Shown here piece after piece: positions 1 to 46,981 of a DNA stretch of 64,000 nt. Under the pieces are notes generated by a model. It did not search any database. It saw nothing but the letters and a program-made list of their open reading frames with translations, and was not told the origin of the DNA. The position numbers and the translations under genes were made by a program. The stretch's first letter is position 1; the number at the start of each line of letters is the position of its first letter. This DNA is from Lama guanicoe (taxonomy: Eukaryota): the NCBI GenBank assembly GCA_013239625.1, contig MU054575.1:5162498-5226497 (forward strand). The letters run 5' to 3'.

Positions 1-3000
1 AAAGGCTGGGGTGTCCTGAGTGCGGCTCACGGCCACCCTACAGTGAAGGAGTTAGTAGTCAGGGGCCACAGGGAGAGTCTAGGAAGAGGTACCCTTGGCA
101 GAACTGAGATCCCGCCCCCCATCCTGGACGCCCACCTGTAGGAGGTGTGTGGAGTGCAGGGCTCGTCTGCCCGCACCACTAGGAACACGTGTTGGAAGTG
201 GGAGCGGATGGTGGTAGGGCAGAAGGGCTTGCTGCCTGGTTCCTGGAACACGATGGTCACAATGTCGTTGCCGATGTGGCGCTTCCGCAGGAGCTAGGGG
301 TTAGATGGTGGGGGATGTGAATGGGACCTGTCTGCCCCCAAGTCCCTCCTCATTCGGGCAAGGCAGAGCCTGGGCACCAGTGGTTCCTCCCACCTGTCCC
401 TGGTGAAGGCCTGGGGTGTTTGTCTTTGGGGAGGGACTCTAGCTGGGAGGGTAGCTGTGGTTCAGGAGAGCTCATGCCAAGGCTCAAACACAGCACCCCT
501 CCATGGTCCCCCAGAAGTCCATGGCCACCCCCATCCCCACCCTAGCCCCCACACACCTGCTGCTGGTTATTGGGGGTGTAAGGCAGCATCGTGGACACGT
601 GGAACATGATCTCATGGTCCTGGTACGTGGTGTAGAGGGAATGTGTGCCCGTGGAATCCGCTGTGGCCAGGGAATTGAGGGCACAGAAGGAGAGCAAGAG
701 GAATCTGGGTGGCTTGAACCTGTCTTCCCTGCCTGCAGTCTGGAGCCCTGTACCCACAGCCAGCAGGTGGACAACCCCTTCATGCCATCAGCCAATGTCC
801 AGGCCACAAGGTCCAAGGGCCTCAGCCTTGGCTGCTCCCCTCCCCCCACAGGATCCAGCCTGGAGTTGGGATGGTGGGATGCTGAGACAGAACGAAGACA
901 GAAATGAGAAACGGCCTGCTAGGAGGGAGGCAGAGGCGGGGGCAGATGTCTCAGGAGAGGACAGATGTTGGCCCAGGCACCAGCATGTGTGGGGCAGCTG
1001 AAAGAGCGGAAGGCAGGCAGGAGATGCTGGATAAAAACACCTCCCAGGTACCCTGGGGCCCTTCCAACCAGGGAGGCAGGGGTGCTCCCCAGGAGGTTGG
1101 GCTGCTGGAATATGTGTGTCTGATGGAGGGGGTGGTGCCCACATACCCACCTGGCCCAGCTCAGACAGAAGGGCACTAAGGCCTTGGGGGACAGCCCCAG
1201 CCCCTCCTCCCAGCCTTTGCAGCCCCTGACCCACGTCCTCAGCCACCCAAAGAACTCTCCACCCCGCTGGCCCCAGCCCCAGGGCAATACGGAAGAGGAA
1301 AGTTGGCTCTCACCAAGGCAGCCCACCTCTCACCATGGGTCTGCCCCCACCCCCCAGCCCCCTGGGCCTCACTTTTGGTGTCCAGCTGGGCCCGGTAGCT
1401 CTCAAAGCCTTTGAGCCGCACCACATCACCCAGCAGGGTGAGGAACTCCATGAAGGCAGGTCCTGCCTCCTGGTTGTTGTACATCTCCTCCTCCGAGCCC
1501 TGGCCTGCCCGGCAGTACAGGATGCCCACCTTGCGCTGGAAGCTCAGCTGCGGGGGAGGGCACAGGCAGAAGACACAGGCCTCAGTGTCCCCAGCCCCAC
1601 CCCTCCCCGGGCCTTGGGGAGTGGATGGGACACTGGCCCGGGGGCTGGACTGCCTCAATGTGTGGCCCTGAGCACCGCCCTCTCTAAGCCACCTCTGTGT
1701 CCTCGCCTATCAAGTGGGTTCCGTCTTTCCTACTCCCAGAACTCAGGAAAGTAGATCCCAACAAATGTCCACATTGTCATCCTTATCTCAAGGCTAGCCT
1801 GTCTTCCCCTCCTTCGAATCCCAGGCACATCCTCCCTGGCCTCTGGAGGCCTGGAGGCCCAGAGCCCCGCACTGCCTCTGCTCACTCTCTGCTTCCGACT
1901 CTTTTGGCTCCTTCCACCTGGGGTTAACTGTGCGCAGCTCAGGGCGCCCTGACACCAGGCAGGCAAGGCAGGGGCCCCTCCAGCTCTGACCTCCCATCTT
2001 CATACTAAGTTGTCTACATCCACAGTCCCCTGGCTTTAATTTCATCCCTCCTAACCCCTGCACCCCGACTTCTACTCCAGCTCAAACCTAATCCTCTCTT
2101 ATGGCCAAAGGTGTGGTCTCATCTTGGCACCCACTCACGATAGCTGGCTCTTGGGACAACTGGAATTTCACTTTACCTGAGATCCCAGGGACCCACCCTC
2201 TCCTGCCTGGGCCTCTTCTCCATCCATACTCTTTGCCTCAGTGGCCAAGGGAGCCATCTTCATGGAATGACACCCCCATCTCTGCCTCCAGCCCAGACCT
2301 TTCAAATCTCCAGCTACCCGGATGTCCTTCCAGCACCTGGCACCTCACCTCCGCACTGTGACTACCCTACCCTGCCCTTCTTCCTGGGTCCTTGGCTCCA
2401 AAAAAATACCACTCCCAGGGGCCAAGAAGCTGGGGGATCTTGCAACACTCCCACGTTTCCAGTCAGTCACAAAGGCTACCCACACTACTCCTGGACTGAC
2501 CTCTTCACCTCTGCCACTGTCGCCACCAGGTCTGGCTTGGATCTGCAACAGCCTTCAGCCAGGCCTCCAGTCTAGCCCCAACACCAGAGGGCTGCTCCAC
2601 CTCTCAGATCGTCCATGGCTCCACAGTGCCCTCAGGACCAAACACAAGCCCTTCCCAATCCTTTGCCCTCAAGCCCTACTCCAGCCACACTGAACTACCT
2701 ACAGGACTCCTATGTGACAGCTTTTAGTTTCTAAGCTTCTCACAAGTTGTTCTTTCTGCCTGCTCTTCCTGGTTTGAGCTCTTGCATTTCCTCCATGATG
2801 CTAAACCCCTGGCCAAGGAAGGGCCGTCAGCACTACCTTGGTGCCCCATGGCACCCTCTGCATTCCCCTTTCACTGTTATCCTGCTCTGTCATTATCCTT
2901 GATTCTCTGTGGGTCTCTCCCCTCTACCTGGCTGTGAGCTACTCAAGGACAGCTCCTGGTCTAGATAGGTCCCCAGCATTCAGCCTGGGGCCTGACACCA

Positions 3001-5257
3001 AGAAGGTGTGAGAAAAATGTTTGTTGAATGACTGATGGATTGACAAAAAAGGAGAATCAGGACCAGTAGGCAGTTCTCAGCACAGGGTAGGGAAGACTTC
3101 CAACTGGCTCAAGCATTCCCACAGTGGAATGGGCAGCCCCAGGAAGGAGTGAGCATCGCAAACTGGGAGGAGACCAAGCAGGGCCTTGCAGGGCAAACTG
3201 ACAAGGAACAAGAGGGACTTTCAGGAAGAAGCGGTGGCAGACCAGTGCTCCTCACCCAAATGTACATAAGAATTATCTCGGGATTTTCTTTAAGTGCAGG
3301 TTCTGATTCAGTAGGTCTGGGGTGGGGCCCAAGAATCTGCATTTCTAACAAGCTCCCAGGTGGTGTGGATGCTGCTTGGTCTACAGACCTTACTTTGAGA
3401 GGCAAGGCCTCAGATGACCTCTGATGCTCTCCTTTTGAAAAACCAGCTCTCCTGGGGTCCCCCTCCAGCCCAGGATCAGGATCAAGGCTAGGTGGCTGGG
3501 AGCTGGGCAGGCTGGGTTCAGACCAGGTCCAGTCGTAGGGCAGCAGTGCCCCGCCCACCTACCACTTGCTCGTCCAGCGTGAGCAGCGTGCGGGGCACCT
3601 TCGGTGAAGCTGAGCCCAGGCGCAAGCAGGCTGGGCTCAGCCGCGGGGCCACGTGCTCTAGAAGCTTCCTTGGAGACAGGCCTCTTGGGGGCCCTGGAGG
3701 CAGCGCGTCCTCCGAGACAGTACCGCGGAGGGTCCGGAGCTAAGAAAGGATATAGAGGCACTCAGGATACAACGGGCAGTTGAGGAGGCAATCCATGCCT
3801 GATTCCCATGGCTCCAGCCCACCTGCGTGGTCCGCACGATGATGCGGTAGCTGTGCAGAGTGCCCCCGCCGCTGCTCTCCTTTTCCTCCCGTCGCAGGCT
3901 CACTGCCACCGGGCCCAGCACCTCGTCCAGTCCAAAGAAGTTCTGGTGTTCTATGGGGCATGAGGGGTGGGTGACCAGTCCCATTCCTTGGTATTCCCAC
4001 CCTCACCTGACCCTGCCCATCACTAAGTCCCGCCCCAGGTCCCATCTCAATGCTAGTTCAGATCCTGGACTAAGTCCTGTCCCCTCCTCAGCCCCGCCAA
4101 CATTCTAGCGGCCAGATCCCGGCCTGCGCCTGTACACTTGGCCCTATGCCTTGCCCTTCTGCAGCCCCACCCATATATCGTGCCCCAGACCCAGGGGGCC
4201 ATGTCTGCCTTCTCAAAAGCCTAGATCCTGCATGGCCCCTCCCACCATGTCATATTCTTCTCCAGGATGTCTGGGGCCCTTCCTTCTGGGCACCGATGAG
4301 AACAAGGTTCCTGGGTGGAGGGGTTTGGTTTTCATGTCACAGAAATGTCCATAGGAAATCTTTCCCCAGCCTGGAGGAGTATGAGGATGAACCGGTTGGA
4401 GGCAGAGAAGTATGCCCGGCTGTGGGTGGAAGCTGGGGTTGGCCTTAGGGAGGTGGGTAAAGCTGGGCAGCCTTGGCCCAGAGGCAGAGCCTGACCCTTC
4501 CTGTGACCAGGGATTTGACAGGGAAAGGACAGCTCACTGCAGGTGACAGGGACCTCTGGCTCTCCCCTGCGGCCCTCCCCTCACCTTTGCCATAGAAGTA
4601 CTTGCGGTAGTAGCCAGCGCCCAGGTCTGCGTGCTCCAGGCTGTAGGCCGAGGTGCGGTTCTGAGGCTCCTCCAGAACAGACACAGCTGCATTGGGCAGG
4701 GCAGGGGGCACAGGTGGAGACACCAGTCCACCCAGGCCCAGCTCGCCCTCACCCCCAAGCTCACTCACAAAGCCAGGGGCTTCGAGCAGCAGGTCTGAGC
4801 TGGCCATGTGGTCCTGAGCCAAGGCTGGGGTCCCAGAGCCAGCCTCTGCATGGCCCCCTGTCCCCCATGGCTTTGGAGCCCAGTCAAAGAGCAGGCTCTG
4901 CACATCATAGTGGGCGAACCAGCGGGGCTCGGGCACTGGGGGAAAGGCGGGCTCTGGCTCCTCGGCTGGCAGCCCCAGCAGTGCCAGCGGGTCAGTGAAG
5001 ACCCGGGCAGGGGGCGCAGTGGGGCGACTGGCCTCCTCATGGCTGTGGGCACGGGCGCGGGGGCTGGCTGGCGTGGGGGGCCGGGCCTCGCCCGCATCGC
5101 TGCCACTGCGCAGGAGCGGGCCCCGGGCTGGCCTGGGCTCGAAGGTGTGTGGTGTCAGCGGGGGCCGAGCTGGCTGGCGCAGCTTGCGGGCGAAGAGGTC
5201 ATCTGTGGGCGCAGGGGCCGGGCCCCGCCGAGGGCTCCCCACGCCGCCGGCCCACAT
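1..5257 (-). CDS. SIPA1: Signal-induced proliferation-associated 1 (Rap GTPase-activating protein), 5' coding exons; gene continues beyond base 1
   Basis: Coding exons with GT-AG junctions: 4585-5257 ([15 protein letters not shown]...YRKYFYGK), 3823-3950, 3563-3739, 1373-1547, 557-660, 136-293, 1-37 (partial). The spliced product contains RapGAP motifs [33 protein letters not shown] and [16 protein letters not shown]. Confidence 0.96.
2860..3045 (+). mobile_element. L2 3' end fragment
   Basis: ctgtgagctactcaaggacag...ccccagca...gcctgacac...aaatgtttgttgaatgactga. Confidence 0.6.
3241..3402. mobile_element. MER5A hAT-Charlie DNA transposon fossil in a SIPA1 intron
   Basis: Diagnostic core ttctgattcagtaggtctggggtggggcccaagaatctgcatttctaacaagctcccaggtg. 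Confidence 0.85.
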
Positions 5258-7302
5258 GGGCGTGCCTCGGACCTGGCTCTCAGGGTGCCGGACCGCATTG
5301 GCGGGCACGGGTGGTTGGTGCCCAGTCGGCTGGCAGTTCCTGTCCTGAGGGAAGAGGGGGCTGCTCAGAGGGGCCTGGGGAGAAAACAGGAACCCAGGCC
5401 CCCAGCCTGGTCCTCCACCACACGGGGTGGCTTCCGGCCCCCTCCGAGACCATCAAAGCCACTTCCGCTTTCCTGGCCACTTCCTTGTCTGCCTGGGGCT
5501 GAGGTTTCCAGCCCCCTCCTCCAGCTTAGCGCTGGGCAGGGCCAGGGGCTGGGCTGTCAGGGCCTTGGACCTGAGGGTCTTGGAGCCTGAGTGGCCCTTG
5601 GGCTTTCAGGGTTCCCCAGTTTCCACTCACACTCCTTAAGTTTGGTCTGGGGTCAGAGTGAGGGTCCCTACCAAGAGCTGGCGCAACCGGACAGATGATT
5701 TGTCGGCTGGGACGGGAAACCCATGGGGCCACTGGTGTCTGGGTCCTGCCCACTTGACAAAGGGAGGACGTCCTGTCCCCAGAGACCTTCCTCCCTGCTC
5801 CTCCCACTTCCTCCAGGATCCCAGAGGAGCTGAGCACCCAGAGGCCAGGTCTCAATGCCCAGGCCGTCATGGTCTCAATACCTCAAGGACACAGGGGTTC
5901 AAGAGGGGACACTGGCAGGGGAGCAGGAACAGTAAGAGGACTTCCTTCGGCACAGGAAATGGCCCCAACTCTGGGCCCAGCCCCCTGCCCAGCCCCACAT
6001 CCTGAGCAAAGTGCTGGGGTCATACTAGCTCAATCATGGGACCTAAGTCACCATAACCTGAAGGACAGGCCTGGGCTGACCCTCTTGCAGGCTACTGTGA
6101 CCATGTCTGGGGTAAGGGGAGGGAGTCACGATGACTTGGTCCCTTTTCTGGAACTGGGACCCATGGGGACTTTTGCCTACCTGGCTTCACTGATGCTGAC
6201 TGGGAAGTCTGAACCGCATACAAGAGTCAAACTGAAGTCCAGATAAAGGGATGCTCGTGCCTGAAGCAATTTCATGTCAGGGCTAGTATTTGAAGCTGGT
6301 CTGTCAATCTCTAGGGTTTAACCAGGGTCTATCCCTGTGTGTGTCAGTGTGGGGCAGGTAGGGGGTTGGGCTAAGGCTTAAGGTCTCACAGGATGTTAAG
6401 AGTGAGACACCCAAGGCCCCAGGGACCTGCTAAGTGCGGAAATGTGTCAAGACCAGACGCAGGTGCAAAGAGTGGTGTGAGAACGTGATGAGGAGCCACC
6501 TCCAGGTGAACCCAGGATGGAGTGAGTGGGGTGGGGGGGAAGGGATGTAGGGATCACTGGGGGTGCAGGCACCTACTGGGTCTCTGTGTATCATCCAGTG
6601 ACACTGTGGAACTGGGCTAGGAGAGGGTGAGGGCAGAGGTTCCGTGCACCCCTTGGCTTAAGCTCCAGAACCAAGCAAGTTCAGACCTCCAAAGCTCAGA
6701 GTGCCTCCTCCCTTGGTTTCTCCCAGGACAAGTTCTTGATGCTGACCCTGAGCCTCTGTTCTCTCATCAGAAAAATGGGGTTAACCCTTTCCTGTCCTCT
6801 CCCAATACTGCTGGGAGACTGAAAGGAAGGTGAAGCAAGTGAAGCCACCATGTGCTAAGTGTGTCGTGGCAGATGCAGGCCCTAGCTCTATGTGCCAAGC
6901 TCCAGGGCCTGGGCCATGGTGTGTGTGATGTGTGTATGATGGGGGCGAGAGGGGACATGTGGGAGGGGGTCTGTGCAGGCCCCTGTTCCGTGTGGGCTGA
7001 GCTCTGTGTCCGTGTGCGTGCACTGCCTCTTGCTCTGGCGTAGTGCCGGGCTCTGGCTCTGCCTTGGGGGCTGTTCTTGGGCTCTGTCCCCCACCCAGCA
7101 GCTTCACACAGGGTCCATTGAGGCCGGGACATTCCTCGCGGCCTGTGTCACAGTGGGGGAGGNNNNNNNNNNNNNNNNNNNNNNNNNNNNNNNNNNNNNN
7201 NNNNNNNNNNNNNNNNNNNNNNNNNNNNNNNNNNNNNNNNNNNNNNNNNNNNNNNNNNNNNNNNNNNNNNNNNNNNNNNNNNNNNNNNNNNNNNNNNNNN
7301 NN

Positions 7303-7960
7303 GGGATTGGGGCGCGGTGTGCAAAGATTGGGGAGGAAGCCGCCCAGGGAGAAGGGGAGCCCCAGAACAGGGGGAGCCCCGCACGCCGCCGGCAGCTGGG
7401 CAGTCGCCAGCGCCGCTGAGAAGAGTAAGGAGCCGCCGCATCCACTTATCCGCACACCGGCCGGGCCGGACCGTCATGCAGAGGGAGGGCGGGGGTGCGG
7501 CGCCTGCCAGAGGCAGGGGACTGGACATGCTGACTTGGGACTGGAGCCCAGTTGGAGGTTGGGAGAGTGCAGGAGGCAAACACAGCGAGGACCCCCTCTC
7601 ACCCACACACCACCCGGACCCACGCCAAACCACCTTCTCCCCTGTCCGGCCCAACTGAGGTGCCTCCACTCCCCCGCTCCCGCCGGTACCTCTGGGGCTC
7701 CCGCCCGGCCGCCTCCTCCGGCGCTGGGGTCCCGCTGCCTGCTCTCCCGCTACCGCTCCGGGCGCCGGCTCCGCCTGGGGGCGGGGCCACACGGGGGCAG
7801 GGCCGCAGCGGAGGGGGCAGGGCCGACCCGGGAGCTGTGTGCGGCGGGAAGCCCAGTGGGCGGGGGCTCCAGGCCTGGCGGTGGTCAGTCCCGCGGTCTG
7901 AGCGCCTGCCAGAGACAGGCCCAGCTCTGGGAACCGTTGCGCCTCCAGCCCTCGGCCGAG
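7303..7960 (-). promoter_or_regulatory. SIPA1: CpG island/promoter and probable non-coding exon 1 of SIPA1 (candidate donor GAG|gtaccgg at ~7689)
   Basis: High CpG density and GC boxes (ggggcggggc ~7777, gggcgggg ~7858) about 2.4 kb upstream of the exon-2 acceptor at 5345. Confidence 0.7.
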
Positions 7961-8495
7961 AAACCGAACAAGTGTACCTGCCTTCCAGACCAACTGGTAG
8001 GGCTAGACCAGGACACCTAGCGTTAGCTGCAGCCGTGCGTATAGGAAGTGCTCAGAGTACCACTATGAGCGCTCATCAACACTGGGCCCTGCTCTACAGC
8101 CGCTCTCGTGTACTTTTGAAACACCTTAGACAGGTGTCACCTCTTTATAGCTGGAGAAACTAAGATTCAGATAAAGACTTTTGGCCAAGGTCAAGGCTGA
8201 TAATCGTAGAAACCTGCCACTAGAGCGGGAAGTCTTTGTTGTTTGGAGATGAGAAAGGGAACAATGCAAACTTCAGATCAAGCCTGAAAAGGGAACAGGC
8301 TTGTGAGGAAGAGGACCCAGTCCTACCCGAACCCCACCTTGGTCTAACTTTGATATCCATCATAACCCAACTCCACAGCCGATGCATCCCTCTGTGCTCA
8401 CCTATCCTGACCCTCCACCCGAACATCCCCAGAAAAAAGAAACTACCAACCAAAATCAAAAATAGTGTTATTAATTCTGGTGTCTCCGAAGCACG

Positions 8496-8530
8496 AAAAA
8501 AAAAAAGAAAAAAGAAAAAAAAAAAAAAAA
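8496..8530. repeat. Interrupted poly(A) tract (U-rich in the PCNX3 3'UTR)
   Basis: About 35 nt of A with two G interruptions, followed by a C run. Confidence 0.9.
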
Positions 8531-8906
8531 CCCCCCCCTTCCCACATTTCAGCCCCAAGTCCAGGCCAAGGGGCTGCCCCTGCAGGCAGTGTAGGCCGAG
8601 GGGCCAAGTCAATCTTGGCCATGGGCTTGAAGTGGGACCAGCCCATGGGTTTGGCTCTCAGGGCCTGGCTAGGAGGCTGCCTTCCTCAGTTTGGGGAGCC
8701 CAGGCCTTGGATTAGGGATGAGAGATCAGGGGTCAAGGTCAGAGGTCTGGGCTACTCAGTTCTGGTGCTCTGGCTAACACAGCCAGAGGTCAGGGTTCAC
8801 ATGTGGGAGCCAAAGCCACTCAGTTCTGTGGTCCAGCAGAAAGGGCCAAAGGCCAAGGGTCCAAGTTACTGAATCTTGGGCTGGGACCCAGAGGGCACCA
8901 GGCCAC

Positions 8907-28721
<19,815 letters not shown>

Positions 28722-28781
28722 NNNNNNNNNNNNNNNNNNNNNNNNNNNNNNNNNNNNNNNNNNNNNNNNNNNNNNNNNNNN

Positions 28782-44994
<16,213 letters not shown>

Positions 44995-45494
44995 GTGGGT
45001 CAGGCTGCTCCCCACGCTCCAGCTGCTCTTGAGGAGCCACTGCTACACTGGAATCAGAGCCGAGCAAGCCTCTCTAGCTGTCTTGGTTTCGCCCAGGGAC
45101 CCCGCCCCCTTTGGGGGTCAGGAACACTACACTGCACAGGAAGCCTTCACACTGGATGGGGGGCCTGCCCCCCACACACCTGCAATGTGTGGGTCCCCCG
45201 ACTTACCCGCCCCATTGGGGCCTGACACTGTACCCAGCTGGTTAGGAGGACCAGAGCCTGTCTCAGGGAATTGCCCCGAGGGGTGGTGCAGGGAGGAGGG
45301 GAGGTGCCGGGGAGAGGGGCCGGCCTTAGCTGTCACCAGCACTTTTGACCAAGTCCTGCTACTGTGGCCCCTGCCCCAGGGCTTAGTGTCTGGACCCCCC
45401 TGCCCTGGGGGTCATCTGGGGCCGGGGCTCTCTGGGTGCCTTCCTGCTGCCCCGGCCAGGGTTGGGGCCTTGGCCTTGGGATCCAATGAAGCCA

Positions 45495-45500
45495 AATAAA
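45495..45500 (+). terminator. MAP3K11: Polyadenylation signal of MAP3K11
   Basis: AATAAA about 500 nt after the stop codon. Confidence 0.8.
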
Positions 45501-46981
45501 CTCCCCAAGCTGTCTCCCCAAGCATAGCCTGTCACCTTTTGAAGAGGTAACTGGGGGATCCAGACTGTCACATGACCCTGGTGACCTCATACCCCCAGCA
45601 CAATGGGAGTTGGCCTGGGCCTAGGCTGGGATGCTTTGCGCCGCACTCCTCTCCTGGGACCAAGTCCACTTGAGCATCAGGCATTCAAGGCCCTTCTCAG
45701 CCCCACTGGCACCCACGTGCTCAGACCTCTCTCACCTTCTCCCACTCTTGCCAGACTCTTCCCACCATTTCAAGCAACTGTATTTGCCCTTATTCTTCCT
45801 GTTGCTGGTGGTCCCTGCTTATCCTCAGGGCCCAGCTGCAACATCACCTCCCCTGGGACACCTTCCCAGTGCCACTTCCGCCCCAAACAGCTCACTGAAC
45901 TCAGGACCCCACAGCCCTCTGGGCGGCATCTAGGGGGTGTGTCCTGGGTTTGTTTCTATCCCGCAGTCTGGACACAGGAGGAGTCACCCACCCTGACATC
46001 TGGCTCCACTCACGCGTCTCTTACTGCCACGGGGTTCTGCAGACTACCCCTCCCACACCATGCCCTAGGGCAGAGGCCCTGGGACTCAGCCCCTCCATGG
46101 TTTTATGGGAGTCATGTTCCAGTCTCCCTCTCCCCCTCCCCTGCACACTCCAATGGCAGCCAGACCTTCTGTGCCTCCAGTGTTCAGCAGGGTGGGGACT
46201 CGGGAGGGCCGGGCACCAAAGGTTCTCAGGGAGGACTCAGAATGGAGGGAGCATCATCTGTCCAGGGCTCTCAGGGCGTCCTCCACTCCCTACCTCACCA
46301 TCCAGCCCCCACCTGGCCCATCCCAAGTCCCACCATTCCTCTCCCACTCCGCTGTCCAGGCTGCCACCCTTCCATTACAGATGCCTGCAGTAGCCCCTTC
46401 CCCCCAACCGGTCACCTGAGCCACACTTGTCCTCAAGGCCCTATATCCTAACCCACTTTACCTCCTGTTTCTCTCGCCGCTCAAGGTCTTTCCCACCTGG
46501 ACTGGCCTCTTCTCCTCCCCAGCTGGAATGTCACCCTGCGTCTGCTCTCTTCCCTGGTGTCCTCAGGATCTAGGCACCTGCTGAGTGGGTGAATGGGTCT
46601 GTGTGACTGAGGTCGTCCTTGAATGAACCACTACAGTGTGATTAGAGCCTAAGTTACCTCTCTGGGCCTTGCCTTCCTCCAGCCTGCCTCTGCCGACCAC
46701 CCAGCTTAGAGAAGTTGGGCAAAACAAATGTCTTGCCCCCAGAAACTGGAAAGAGTGAGTCAGCTCATCTCCAAGCATGAACTGCCTCCCTGCCCTTCCA
46801 GTCCCACTCACCCCAGCTTGTGTCACAGGCTTTTCTCCCTCCCCAGCCACCCACACCTCCTCCCAGCCCCAGGCATCTCCTCCCCAGGCACCTCCTCCCT
46901 GCCCCACCCTGCCTGGCCCCTCCCAGGTGCCTGTGGTGGAGCAGTCGGCACCTGTGACGTACGCTGAGAGGGCGGTATACC

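Noticed and set aside
4808-5590. 260-aa plus-strand ORF
   Set aside because: Antisense to SIPA1 exon 2, with no independent evidence.
7043-8163. Several 200-325 aa ORFs on both strands
   Set aside because: They span an N-run and the SIPA1 CpG island; artefacts of GC content.
45603-46451. 282-aa ATG ORF between MAP3K11 and KCNK7
   Set aside because: Low-complexity Pro/Ser composition from C-rich DNA, no recognisable homology or promoter, and it starts just after the MAP3K11 poly(A) site.
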